Assembly: GCA_964016885.1 (NCBI GenBank)
Contig: OZ024740.1
Span: 140,120,001-140,184,000, forward strand
Reading direction: 5' to 3'
Length of the DNA: 64,000 nt
From: Eledone cirrhosa
Lineage: Eukaryota
Within the stretch, counting starts at the first letter, position 1; the number at the start of each line of letters is the position of its first letter. The notes below the pieces were generated by a model, which did not search any database, was not told where the DNA came from, and saw nothing but the letters and a program-made list of their open reading frames with translations. Shown here piece by piece: positions 40,895 through 54,746 of this stretch. The position numbers and the translations under genes are program-made.

Positions 40895-41670
40895 TCCCCT
40901 CAAGCGCATATACACACACGTTCATACTCCATATTTCATATCATTATGCCGCCTGCCATTCTGTCAATGTCACAGGCACCGTATCTAACGGATTTCCCAT
41001 AGATATACGTATGTGTAGATATGTGTGTTTGAATGTGTGTGTGTGTGTGCGTGTGTGTGTGCGCGCGCGCGCGCATGTTTCAAGGCTCGTTGTCAAACTT
41101 GGTCTATGTTGACTGAAATATAATTTTCCAACATGACCCTCAACCTAAGGCCTGAACGGGCCTCTTCTCACCAATTCGGTACTTTTCTCAGACATGGTCT
41201 TTACTTGCTTCGTCATAGCTACATCACTGTGTTGGTTATGAGAGTTTTCTTGCTAGCTAACAATGTCATCCATTGCTCCGTCTCCCCGAGTAGTTTACTG
41301 ATGTTGGTCTGGGGCTGTTTATTCGTCCGGCAGGATCCTGTTTATATCGTAAATAACTATTAGATTTTGTGGCCGTATCGCTATCCGCCTCATGCAACAA
41401 CCCGTTCTCTAGCAGATACACACACATATATGTATATATAAAAGTGTGTGTGTACATGTGTGAGTGTGTGTGTGTGAGTGTACATGTGTGCGTGTGTGCG
41501 TGTGAGTGTGCATGTGTGTGTGTGTGTGTAACGTTACCTGGGTATGAATTCGTAATTACGAAAAAATGATCCCTCGATATATAAAAATGGAGAAAACATA
41601 CTGCAATACATGGTAAACTCGGCAGATATTTTCATAAAATCGTTCATATTTATAAACATTTATATTTATA

Positions 41671-41737
<67 letters not shown>

Positions 41738-41751
41738 TGTATATATACACA

Positions 41752-42310
41752 CACGCGAGGGGGCTTCGAATGGTTCGTGGAAAAAGTACATAGCTAAATA
41801 TCATAAGCGCGTATTTTAATCTCAATGCACCTGTACGTTCTTGTACTAACGTGCCATAATATGTTCAAACATGAACCTTTAAATGCATGTTGCAACGTGG
41901 CGCCGCCAGTCGGAAGTCAGCACCCGCTCGAGCAACATGGCTTCTATCAAAACATCAAATTCATGGTGAAGCTAAGGTGCAAAAGCAGCCAAATCATTGA
42001 CTCTCTGGAGCAAGTTTATGGTGACAATGTACCACATAAATCAACAACTTACACATGGTTAAGTTGTCTTAGAAGTGGAAGAGATGAGGTTGAAGATGAT
42101 CCTCAGTTACAGATGTAAAAAAAAAGCTGCTTTGACATGGTTTAAATCGCATGACTCTTACGTTTACACAGATGGACGTAAAGGCTGGTATCAACGCTTG
42201 CAGAAGTATATTGACCTAGATGGAGCATATGATGAAAAATAAACATCATAACTTAAACTGTTGTTTCCAACTGCCCCTTTTCCCCGAACTTTCTGAAGCC
42301 CTCTTGTGTA
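41752..42310 (+). mobile_element. Internally deleted mariner transposon, irritans subfamily (Hsmar2-like)
   Basis: TIRs cgagggggcttcgaatggttcgtggaaaa / ttttccccgaactttctgaagccctcttg; N-terminus NIKFMVKL..IIDSLEQVYGDNVPHKSTTYTW..RSGRDEVEDD; C-terminus DGRKGWYQRLQKYIDLDGAYDEK*. Confidence 0.85.
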
Positions 42311-42668
42311 TATATACAGTGGCGGATTGGTCAGGTTGCCAGGTTGCCCAATGGCAATTGGCCTCAGGGGTCCCACGGTAGCATTGCAGGAGCCCACAAT
42401 AGCATTGCAGGGCCCACTATAGTATTTTAGGGGCCAATGCTTCGCTTTTAAAAAATGCCCGAAGTCTAAGAGAAAGAATAATTTTTTTTTGAAAATAGAT
42501 AAAACAATTAAGCAAAGCATTTGGTGAACCAATTCCCCAGGAAATTGATAGAAACCAAAATATACGATAGTGCAAATAGCTGGAATCAGTGGTTGTACAT
42601 TCTACTAAATCTAAAGCTTAGTGTATTCATTCATGCATGCAAACATACATATATAGACACACACACAA

Positions 42669-42711
<43 letters not shown>

Positions 42712-42841
42712 AAGTTAAACAAGGTTCAATGAATGAATCAAAGAATGAGTTTTACAATAGATTGGAAGCACTCAACAGATATGGTACTACCATGACTGAA
42801 TCTTAACCATCTACTATGTCAGTGTATCTCATGCATCATCT

Positions 42842-42908
42842 TATTTTATCTGATGAGGACGTACTGTTGAAGTTAACTCAGTACCTCTGAAATATGTATA
42901 ATAAAATA
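42842..42908 (+). ncRNA. Type-I hammerhead ribozyme (family F-related)
   Basis: tattttat-CTGATGA-ggacgtactg..cagtacctct-GAAA-tatgta-TA-ataaaata (8-bp stem I). Confidence 0.72.
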
Positions 42909-43035
42909 TACTTGATCACAAGAATATCTATTTTGTTAATATTTTGAATTAATATATATATATATATATTATATATTATGGAATACTGTTGGCTTCTTGC
43001 TACAATACTTTCTATACCTTTCATTTATATATATA

Positions 43036-43111
<76 letters not shown>

Positions 43112-43851
43112 TGTATATATAATGCCAACCATTGTAATTTTGAATCTAACTGACGTGCAAAAACATACATATATGAATAAGGTAAGCCCAAATCATAGTA
43201 AATTAAAATATCACAGAGAGAAAGAGAGAGGGGGGGGGGGAGAAATGAGGTGCAACAAATTTGATAGATGAGAAACAAAACGAGTATGTAGTTTATGGAA
43301 CACCCAAATGATTTAGAAGTTGACCTTAATTAGGAGCAATAATATTAAGAAAGACATGAACGACACCACATTACTTTGTTTTGTAACTTTTAAAAGTGGT
43401 TTTATAAGTATGAATTTTCAGTAGATTTTCGTAGGTGTCTCAGTGGCCTAGCTGTAGGTGCTAGAAACGGTGAGATCTTGGGTTCAATACTGGTCGAGTG
43501 GTGCATGTCGTCTTTTTCAGTTTTTATTTTACATCCCATAGAAAACAAATGAAAAGGTTCATCGAGAACCCTACTCCCGACCACGATCAAACTTCAGACC
43601 AGGATAACCACCGTCTATGATTACTCCAACTAGGCCGTCGAGACAGCTACAAAAGTATCATGAAAATTAATAATTATAAACCTACTTTCAAAATCAAAGT
43701 TAAAAAGATGTGGTGTCATTCATGGCTTTCCTAGAGCTATTAGTTATATTTATGGTCGACTTGTCAATCTTCTGGTTCTTTGGTAACAACCCTATTATTC
43801 CTATGTGTGTTTAACTATTGAATTAATTTAATTTGATTATTTTAACAAGCA

Positions 43852-43892
<41 letters not shown>

Positions 43893-44030
43893 CAAAAGGG
43901 ATATTCAATTTGTTGGTAATTCAACAAATATAAATGTTTATAACTGATTCAGAGCACTCGACAAGTTTTCTGGAGTATAATATTCAATGATATTAAATAA
44001 ATGGAAACTATATTTATAAAACCATATTTA

Positions 44031-44087
44031 TTCTATTATATATATTTCAAGGGTACCAAAACTTTGGTACGCTTTCATCAGATAAAA
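44031..44087 (-). ncRNA. Type-I hammerhead ribozyme (family F), within a repeat at 43890-44100 homologous to 21985-22190
   Basis: Minus strand: ttttat-CTGATGA-aagcgtaccaaagttttggtaccctt-GAAA-tatata-TA-atagaa. Confidence 0.72.
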
Positions 44088-44165
44088 TACGAAGTGTGTT
44101 TTAAAATTTTGACATAAAGAAAAATACCTTAATGGTTCAAGTTTTCCAAGAAAAACTTGAACATA

Positions 44166-44221
<56 letters not shown>

Positions 44222-44369
44222 ATATATATATATATATATAATGTCATTATAAAAATTAAATGATAGCATTCTATATGTAGGTGGGCGCCCTTCATGTCCT
44301 GGCAACCAATATTTTTAGACCCAGTCCGCCACTCTATATATATATGTACGCGAAACTCCACGAGATATG

Positions 44370-46805
44370 CTTCTCCACAAAGTTCAATCACCAAAAGAGG
44401 GTTTAACGTGCAAAGGACAAGTCCAGACCATTAGTTGACATTACCAAGCCATCGTTTTGGCTGCCGACCTCTGCTTCTCTTACCAGCCAACTTTCCTTTT
44501 AGGCATAACTTACACCTTGAATTGATCTTTTGATATGACCATACAGTTTAAGCACTCTTGGCCTGAAAACTGGTGTGATTGGTCTAAGCCTGGTGATGTT
44601 GAGCAGCTCACTGATACAGATACGCTCGCTGGGCTGCTTGCCAATCATAAGTTTCATATTGTGGTTCTGGAATGTAGAGACTTTCTGAAGTGACCTTGTC
44701 GTCCAATTAACACAGTCAAGACCACCTAACACAACTGGTAGGATGTAAGTATCAAAGATTTTAGTCTTCAAATGATAGGAAACTCGTTTTGATGTTAGTA
44801 CTTCCTTGTTCCTGTTGAAAGCTGCCCAACCTAGAGCGATCCGATATTGCACATCAACCATTCCATTGTTGTTTGATGATAGTTTGTGACCGAAATATAC
44901 AAACTCCATAACTCGAGCAATTTGCTGGTTGTAGGTTGAGTTGGAGATTGGCATTGTTTTTATCAGTTGTCATACATTTTGTTTCGGAGATATTGATGTG
45001 TAAGCCAGCCTCTAGGGAATGTTTCGCCAGTACATTCAGAAAGTCTTGCAGATCAGTTCTAGAGTAACTCATGATGGCCGGATCGTCTGCATAGCTAAGA
45101 TTTGATAGGATTTTACCTCCTATTTGATAGCCAGAAGTGCATTCTTCTTCAGTTTGGCAGATAAGTGCAGCTATAAGTATATAGAAAAGAAGTGCTGATA
45201 GTACATCCCCCTGCTTAACTCCCTTCAAGATGTCTATACACTGTGTAGCTCCCAAATCTGATTTGATATATTCTGTTGAGTTGGTGTAAGTTTCTTTCAG
45301 TAGGTTGATGTATTTCTTGTTAATTGAGGTTTTGTTTAAGAGTTACCACAAGGTGGGTAGATTCACGTTGTCAAAAGCTTTTGAAGGTGGTGTGCACAGG
45401 GTTGTTGAATTCTATTGATTTCTCAATGATTTGTTCAATAGTTAGGATCTGCTCAATGGTGCCTCTTCCAGGTTGATACGCAGCTTGTGTTTCAGGGAAT
45501 GAGGCGTAAAGGTCTGACTTCACTCGTGCTGCAATGATACTCATGAAAAGCTTGTAAATTGAAAGCAATTCAACATCTTTTTAACTGTAAAAATGCTGAA
45601 TTGCTTTGATAATTGGTCCACCTCCAGCTTTGATGAATTCTGAGTATATGTTCTCCATTCCAGGCCTTTTTTCTCGCTTCAAATTTTTTATGGCATGAAA
45701 TATCTCACTAGTTAAGATAGATGGAATGGCATCTTATGTCGAATTATGAATGGTTGTTGGTTCTGAGTTGCTGAAGTACAGTTCTTCATAGAATTTATCC
45801 CAGCGTTCAAGGATATCATATTTGGAAGTAAGGATAGTATCGTTTGAATCTTTAATGCCCCAGCTAAGATTTCTTGGTTTAGTCTTTAGTTTCTTCAGAA
45901 CAGATATAACCTGTTGGGTGGTAGGTTATTCAGCTCCTCAATGTTGTTGTACATTTGCTTAAGTTTGTCTGATTTAACGAGTTTGTTATTCTATATTGGG
46001 GGGGCACATTCTCTTCTGATTCTATGTTTTTCAGATATTGCTTTCTTTGTTTGTTGTGACATCCATTGTGGCATAGAAAATTTTCCTTAGGTAAAATCTC
46101 TTCAGATACCTCTTCTTTTAGGTCTCTGCAGATAGTATGATAAATCTTGTCGGGGTGTTCATCAGATTGCAAAGCTGAAAAGTTGTTTTGCAACTCGAAT
46201 TTGAATCGGCTGGCTGTTTCGTTACATAAGAGTTTGTCTAAGTTAACTTTCGATGGTATTTTAGTTTTTTGGGGCCAAACATATTTGATATGAAATCTTG
46301 TTCGCACCATACGATGGTCAGATATATCAGGAGTGTTAAAAGCAGTGCTGTCTAATATGCTTAGTCTTGCTGAAGATTTTCTTGCTAGTATAAAGTCTAT
46401 TTGATTCTTAGTTATACTGTCTGGTGGTATCCAAGTGAACAGGTTTTCTTTTTTAATATTGTGTTGGTGATCTGCATATTGTTCTTCGTACAAAATTCGA
46501 CTAGAAGCTCGCCTCTTGAGTTAAATGTACCTGTGGTATATTTCCCAATACTCGATGGCAATGATTGATTCAGTTGCCCAACTTTATAGTCAAAGTCACC
46601 CATCAGAAATAGGTGATCTCTCTTTGGTGTCTTATTTATAATGGTCTGTATGCTGTCATATAACTCATTTATTTCTTCATCTGGGCTTCATCTGGGTGTG
46701 TATATGTGGGAAAGTAGCACTGGATAAGGACGAGTTTACAAAATTTACTTTTCAAGCTCAGAACACCTCGTCTGTCTGATATAGGTCGATAGTTGTGTAC
46801 TAATG
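44370..46805 (-). mobile_element. Decayed LINE ORF2 (APE endonuclease plus RT; RTE/RTE-X-like)
   Basis: MGDFDYKVG, NSRGELLVEFC..NMQITNT, NQIDFIL, DISDHRMV; QAAYQPGRGTIEQI, GVKQGDVLSALLF, LSYADD; frameshifts and stops. Confidence 0.9.
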
Positions 46806-46821
46806 ATGCGCACTTTGTATC

Positions 46822-46909
<88 letters not shown>

Positions 46910-47835
46910 TTTGACGCTTCTTTAGATCTTTAGGTTTGTTTTGGATTGTTCGACTACATCTATGCTGGAGCACCGCTTTCAAGTGTGTGAATGTTTCTAA
47001 GTTTTTCGGAATTCATGTATGCATGCTTGTGTGGCAATATTTTTTTTACATATATAAAGGTACTTTACCCGATTTTCTAAGCTATTTATAGTAATCGACT
47101 GTATGTCGACTATCTGTCCTTGTCTGAGCATAATATATATATATTTATAAGATATAGGAAGCTCAGACATCAGAAAATAGTATCCTTTTTATATATATGT
47201 ACAATATATATTTCTATAATGTTATCTGTTTATATACATATATATATATTTAATTTTGAAGTGCATACACACACAGACATAAACCGGCAACCCCACCAAG
47301 TTTACTTGGTGCGGAGGGTGATTTTGGACACCCTGCAGGACAAAATACAAAACCTGACAAATGGCGGAAGAACTCATAAGAGTCAACGGCCATCCAAAAG
47401 TGTGTAAATATGTATATACACATGTACATATGTATGTATATGTGTATATACATGGGTGCATGTGTGTGTATATGCGCGGGGACATGGAAATAGTCGGGTT
47501 GGACACCCGATCGCGCGGTTAAACCACTGGGAGTTATTAATAATGGTATATCGTGCAATGGCCATACTCGATAACGAGGGGGCAGCCATCATATATATAT
47601 ATATATATATGTAGATATATATATATATATATATGTGTAGATAAATCTACCAAAATAAACGGTAGTGTCCAATCCGTATGAAGAACTCAATGTAATCCAA
47701 ATATAGAAGATATCATGAAAAGAGAAAATGCATTCAAAATTTAACGATAAAAATCATAGGAAAACAGAGTCAAGATAAATTAATAAAAACAATGAAATAA
47801 AAACAAAGAACAGGTTCCTTATATTGAAAGAAATC

Positions 47836-47972
47836 ATCATTTTACGATCGTTTCTGGGATATATATGTGTGTTCGTATGTATATCATGTTAAAGACCTAT
47901 GTAAAAAAATATTACAAATTATGAGAGGAGATATACATACCTTCACCTATATATGCCATCTTCAGAAATGAT
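47836..47972 (-). ncRNA. Long-stem-II hammerhead ribozyme
   Basis: Minus strand: atcattt-CTGAAGA-tggcatatata...tatatatccca-GAAA-cgatcg-TA-aaatgat. Confidence 0.72.
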
Positions 47973-48030
47973 TTTTTCAATATAAGGAACCTGTTCTTTG
48001 TTTTTATTTCATTGTTTTTATTAATTTATA

Positions 48031-48081
<51 letters not shown>

Positions 48082-48366
48082 TTATATACATAACAAAAAG
48101 TTATCGCTCTACATGCTTGAATACAATAAATGTAATCTGAGTTTTTCGAACATTAATAACAATATTCGATTCGTTTGCAATTATATGCAAACAGCCTCTT
48201 TTAAGCCATGTCAGTAGAATGAGCCCCTCAATCTTGCTCTTGTGTTACATGCCAACACAAGAACAAGATTGAGGGTCTCATTCTACTTACATGGCTTAAA
48301 AGAGGCTGTTTGCATAATTGCAAACGAATCGAATATTATTATTAATATTCGAAAAGCTCAGACTAC

Positions 48367-48405
<39 letters not shown>

Positions 48406-48540
48406 AAAGTGAGTTTTTTTTTACAAAATGAAAAATAACCGAGGTGTCCTACACGAGTGAAAGTATAAAGAAAAAAATATGAAATCGAAAATGCAACTGG
48501 AGTCTTATTTTTTTTAAATATATATTTATTTATTTGGTTC

Positions 48541-48576
48541 CTTTACTGGTTTCGCAGTTCTTCTGCTTTTCAAAAG
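48541..48576 (-). ncRNA. Minimal hammerhead ribozyme, U3-A8 variant
   Basis: Minus strand: ctt-TTGAAAA-gcag aagaa ctgc-GAAA-ccag-TA-aag. Confidence 0.62.
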
Positions 48577-49098
48577 TAGAGTTGAGATGGAGGGTCTGTG
48601 GTTTTCATCTTTTTTTCTTTATATATATATATATAATCATATATGTATCTATATGTAGAGATTTTCGGTGTACGTGTGTGTGTGTGTGTCTGTGTGTGTA
48701 ATGTGAATTTAAAGAAGAGATTTTTCACGACTCTTTTGTTGAAGGTTGTATGTTGGCTGTTGTGGGTCAACGGCACCGACAACTTTAAAATCGCAAGCAA
48801 CTTATGATGAATATCATTAAATAAACGCATGACCTCATACAACCATTTATAGCCTACACATTATTGGATATATATTTTCTCTATTAGTTTTCGTAATTAA
48901 TTGTATCAAACGTATCATTTATAAATACATTATGTACAAATGGGAATAAACGAGAACGGGTTACATCAAGCTACAAACATACAACAGTATCTATTTTCAT
49001 GTGGAAATATGTGTGTATATATATATATATCTGTGTGTCTATTTATATATGTGTATGTATATATATATGTGTATATATGTATGTGTAAGTATGTAATG

Positions 49099-49215
<117 letters not shown>

Positions 49216-49288
49216 TACATACATACACATACATAGAGCAAGTATATGTATGTAAGTAAAATATACATAAAATATACACATACATATG

Positions 49289-49342
<54 letters not shown>

Positions 49343-49570
49343 AATTATATTTACTCAGGATGTCACTACTGTAATTTCGTTGAGTAAACCTCAGTTTTGA
49401 ACACTATGAAAACCTGAACTGATTCTTATTAATTCCTTCATTCAGCAAAATTGGTATTGGTTGGACACCCTCATATATATGTCCGTACTTGTAGATGGTA
49501 TTTTTATCTAAAGACATTTTTGCCAATTCCAACCCGACTGCCCCCTCAATCTAACTTATTTCTCATTCTT

Positions 49571-49606
49571 TCTTCTGATGAAGGACTACCGTCCGAAATG
49601 TTAAGA
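49571..49606 (+). ncRNA. Minimal type-I hammerhead ribozyme
   Basis: tctt-CTGATGA-a-ggac tacc gtcc-GAAA-tg-TT-aaga; host repeat 49490-49700 is homologous to 58155-58350 and 4470-4600. Confidence 0.68.
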
Positions 49607-50001
49607 CCCTTTACCTGCTATATCAAGCGTTAACCTAATATATCCCTTCCATATACTGTACCGATTGTGTTGTTATTTCTGTTTAACTTTCACATATATA
49701 TATCAGGATCACCAATTTCCAACTACAAAGACCATTTTTCAGCAGGGGACTCAGCACTTGGGATACTATAGTGTAAATATATTAAAGAGTCGGACACGTT
49801 GTTTCAGTTTACTCAGCTGTAGAAATGAATTGCGACATCACTGGTGCCAAGCTGTGTCAGCCATTGCCTTTCCCTTGGACAATATCGGTGGCGTGACGAG
49901 GGGAGACTGCTGGTCTTCCACAAACAATCTTCCCCGGAATTGTGCCCCGGAAGAGAACTTTCTGTTAAATCCCATGGTCATTCGTGACCGAAGGGGGTGT
50001 C

Positions 50002-50078
<77 letters not shown>

Positions 50079-50545
50079 CTAAAGTCTAAAGTCTGTCTTA
50101 AGCCAGAAGGGTCATTTGGGTGGTGCTTATCCCGGTTTCATGGCGTGAAGCGACTGAGAGTACAAGACTCCCCCGAGACAGAACTCATTTTGAGCTTAGT
50201 ATATTGGAACAATGTGAAATGAAGTGTTTTGCTCAAGAACACAACACGCAAACTAGGAATCGAACCCACGACATTATGATCGTAAGTCCAACACCCTTAT
50301 CACTGGGTCACGTGCCTCCTTATATATATATGTATATACACTTAGAATATTCATTAATATATATATATATACATATATTTGTGCAGATATGTACAAATAC
50401 ATGCACGTACATGCCTGTACACATAAACACGCGCACACATACATAAACCCACGCAACACATCTACCCGCACACATACGAACGTATACACCAAATACACAT
50501 TAAAAAATATCAGAGAAAAACGACAGACCCTCCATCTCAACTCTA

Positions 50546-50581
50546 CTTTTGAAAAGCAGAAGAACTGCGAAACCAGTAAAG
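50546..50581 (+). ncRNA. Minimal hammerhead ribozyme, U3-A8 variant
   Basis: ctt-TTGAAAA-gcag aagaa ctgc-GAAA-ccag-TA-aag. Confidence 0.62.
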
Positions 50582-50714
50582 GAACCAAATAAATATATAT
50601 ATTTCTTTTAAAATAAGACTCCAGTTGCATTTTCGATTTCATCTTTTTTTTTCTTTATACTTTCACTCGTGTAGGACACCTCGGTTATTTTTCATTTTGT
50701 AAAAAAACCCTCAC

Positions 50715-50780
<66 letters not shown>

Positions 50781-50830
50781 TTTTTTTAAATAAATTAAAA
50801 AATATAATTTAAATATTTACCTATTCCAAT

Positions 50831-50914
50831 TGCTTTTACCGAACGGTTTCACTTCACAAAAGATTGGAGATCCCTAGGGACCTCCAATAGAAAAGTTTAG
50901 ATCATCAGAAAGCA
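50831..50914 (-). ncRNA. Hammerhead ribozyme candidate with true stem III and irregular extended stem II
   Basis: Minus strand: tgcttt-CTGATGA-tctaaacttttct attggaggtccc ta gggatctccaat cttttgtgaagt-GAAA-ccgttcgg-TA-aaagca. Confidence 0.55.
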
Positions 50915-51176
50915 TTTTCCTTTCCTAGGACAAAAAGTCCCGGGAACGGCAAAATATATTGCCTTCTGCCAGCTAGCACAGGATCGAATGGGGCCGAAAA
51001 TTTGACCTATGCATGAACCAGCCCTTAGTAGAAACGGAAGTAAACATAGACATGTTGTCTATCTCGCCACTAAAAATAGCAGCTAAACAGATTTGTTCTC
51101 TACATAACGGAGAATATTAAAAGAAGTTAATATCGCCACAGGTACTAAGTACCCCTGGAAATATATAGGGTGTCTA

Positions 51177-51276
<100 letters not shown>

Positions 51277-51390
51277 GTTTGTATATGTATAATAAAGCCA
51301 AAACAATGCAGGTATGGACATAGAATAAAGAATGCAAATGCAAAAGATTTTGTTGACAATTAGTCTTTTACCTTAGATTTATTTAAATGT

Positions 51391-51425
51391 CCTTAATTCT
51401 CGAGATAATATCTCTTCTTCGGAGG
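51391..51425 (-). ncRNA. Degenerate minimal HHR (two core lesions)
   Basis: Minus strand: cct-CCGAAGA-a gagata t tatctc-GAGA-at-TA-agg. Confidence 0.35.
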
Positions 51426-51899
51426 GAAGTAAAGCGGTTAAACCAGTGTTCTAAATAGCTTGCCAAGTCATGCTGACAGGAAATGGTATAGAGTATCTGT
51501 TCTATCTCTAATATCAAAGTGTTAAGGTTAGGTGGATAAAGAGTAGTCTCCCTTTAAAAGGTTTTTTTTTTTTTGTACGTGCCTGTTTATATATATATAT
51601 ATATATATATAAATGTAATCTGAGCTTTTCGAATAATAATAACAATATTCGATTCGTTTGCAATTATGCAAACAGCCTCTTTTAAGCCATGTCAGTATAA
51701 TGAGCCCCTCATTCTTGTTCTAGTGATGGCATGTAACACAAGAGCAAGAATGAGGGGCTCATTCTACTGACATGGCTTAAAAGAGGCTGTTTGCATATAA
51801 TTGCAAACGTATCGAATATTATTATTAATGTTCGAAAAACTCAGATTACATTTATTGTATTCAGCCATGTAGAACGATAACTTTTTGTTAAGTATATAA

Positions 51900-51991
<92 letters not shown>

Positions 51992-52042
51992 TAATAAAAA
52001 CAATGAAATAAAAACAAAGAACAGGTTCCTTATATTGAAAAA

Positions 52043-52139
52043 ATCATTTCTGAAGATGGCATATATTTTTTTACATAGGTCTTTAACATGATATACATAT
52101 CAACACACATATATATCCCAGAAACGATCGTAAAATGAT
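52043..52139 (+). ncRNA. Long-stem-II hammerhead ribozyme (shortened insert)
   Basis: atcattt-CTGAAGA-tggcatatat...atatatccca-GAAA-cgatcg-TA-aaatgat. Confidence 0.72.
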
Positions 52140-52334
52140 GATTTCTTTCATATAAGGAACCTGTTCTTTGTTTTTATTTCAATGTTTTTATTAATTTATC
52201 TTGACCCTGTTTTCCTATGATTTTTATCGTTAAATTTTGAATGGATTTTCTCTTTTCATGATATCTTCTATATTTGGATTGCATTGAGTTCTTCATACGG
52301 ATTGGACACTACCGTTTATTTTGGTAGATTTATC

Positions 52335-52385
<51 letters not shown>

Positions 52386-53300
52386 TGCCCCCTTGTTATC
52401 GAGTATGGCCATTGCACGATATACCATTATTAATAATTATTAATTAATTCTATCGTGCAATGCCTGTGCGTGAAGATATTTTTTAAAGTGAGGAAAGACT
52501 GTGCTCTGAGCCAATCCCACTCTCTGAGCGACAGTAGCTATAACCCGAAAAGAAGAAAAGATCAACATCATCGGTAACTACTGAGCCGCAGGTTTTATAT
52601 CGGAGTTATCCCAGTTTCCTGAGTTGCCTTCTCCAAGAAGAATGCCTTGACAAAGGCTAGTGGTCCTTCACTTCCAGTGGTTTATCCGCGCGATCAGGTG
52701 TCCAACCCGACTCTTTTTATGTCCCCGCGCATCTATACACACATGCACCCATGTATATACACATATACATATACATACATATGTACATGTGTATATACAT
52801 ATTTACACACTTTTGTATGGCCGTTGACTCTTATGAGTTCTTCCGCCATTTGTCAGGTTTTGTATTTTGTCCTGCAGGGTGTCCAAAATCACCCTCCGCA
52901 CCAAGTAAACTTGGTGGGGTTGCCGGTTTATGTCTGTGTGTGTATGCACTTCAAAATTAAATATATATATATGTATATAAACAGATAACATTATAGAAAT
53001 ATATATTGTACATATATATAAAAAGGATACTATTTTCTGATGTCTGAGCTTCCTATATCTTATAAATATATATATATTATGCTCAGACAAGGACAGATAG
53101 TCGACATACAGTCGATTACTATAAATAGCTTAGAAAATCGGGTAAAGTTCCTTTATATATGTAAAAAAAATATTGCCACACAAGCATGCATACATGAATT
53201 CCGAAAAACTTAGAAACATTCACACACTTGAAAGCGGTGCTCCAGCATAGCTGTAGTCGAACAATCCAAAACAAACCTAAAGATCTAAAGAAGCATCAAA

Positions 53301-53395
<95 letters not shown>

Positions 53396-53921
53396 ATATA
53401 AATATACACACCTTCAGATAAAAATATATAAAAATCACACATACTCACAAAAACACGTGCCTTCAAACAGGCAGGCACACACATACACACTCACATACAT
53501 AGGTACACACACGTTTATACATCCCGATAAACACCCCAAACAACCACAAAACGCTAACAGACACACCTGCAGACACTTTAACGACGTAATATCATACACA
53601 CCTGCATCCAAAACAAATATATAACTACCACTTTCTAATTCCTTAACAGTTACCGATAAAATGTCAACTATTTATAATAATGTATGTGACACAAACAAGT
53701 CGTATGCTCGTTCACAATGTCTGGCCAACAGATCTGGTCTAGGTTTCCAATTTTACGTATGTGTATATGTGTGTATATATATATATATAAATATATAGAT
53801 AGATAGATATATATATATGGCGGTGTCTACGAATATATATATACGAATATATATATATATATATATATAAATATGGGGGTGTCTACGAATATATATATAT
53901 ATATACGTAGACATATATATA

Positions 53922-54036
<115 letters not shown>

Positions 54037-54210
54037 ATAATAGGATTACATTTCACACATAAATCACACAATACGTAAGATGACACTAAGCCGTTCTGGA
54101 TATAAATCACATTAAGCACATACAAAGAAAATAATTTCTAAAAACACGTTTGGTTTTCATATATATATACAAGTATTTACACACAAACATACACTTACAC
54201 GTGTGTGTGA

Positions 54211-54282
<72 letters not shown>

Positions 54283-54377
54283 ATATAAAATTGTATTTTC
54301 CGTTTGCCTGTATGTATATATTACGCATACAGACAGATATATAAATAAATAAATAAATAAATAAATATATATATATA

Positions 54378-54441
<64 letters not shown>

Positions 54442-54492
54442 TATGTTTATGCATACATGTATGAATGTATAGATGGATATATAGATAAATAG

Positions 54493-54746
54493 ATTGGATG
54501 GATGAATGCTTGCTTGCATGCAAATCGGAAGTATATTGCATGGATTCCTTTCCACAGACGGGTTGCTTCATTAAAAGCTCACTTAATTCTTTCTGTGTAT
54601 CTAGAGCTATAAAATCAACTTTGGATTGCCTCGGTACACCTAGCTGTGAAGCCAATGCGTGGGCCTCAACCATATTACTCTACATGCTCAAAACTGCTGT
54701 CAAATCACTCTCAAATCACAGGTACAATAGTACGGATATAATGTAT
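54493..54746 (+). CDS. Candidate Cys-rich exon of an unknown gene
   Basis: Unique open stretch WMDECLLACKSEVYCMDSFPQTGCFIKSSLNSFCVSRAIKSTLDCLGTPSCEANAWAST... between microsatellites; GT donors nearby but the acceptor is weak. Confidence 0.3.

Larger units (their letters stand above)
42317..44334. mobile_element. Non-autonomous hAT-like DNA element with nested insertions
   Basis: Ends cagtggcggattggtc / gacccagtccgccactc; subterminal gttgccagg / cctggcaac; tatatata on both sides. Confidence 0.55.
46826..48608. repeat. Left arm of a large inverted duplication
   Basis: Reverse complement matches 50516-50719 and 51605-53335 block by block. Confidence 0.88.
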
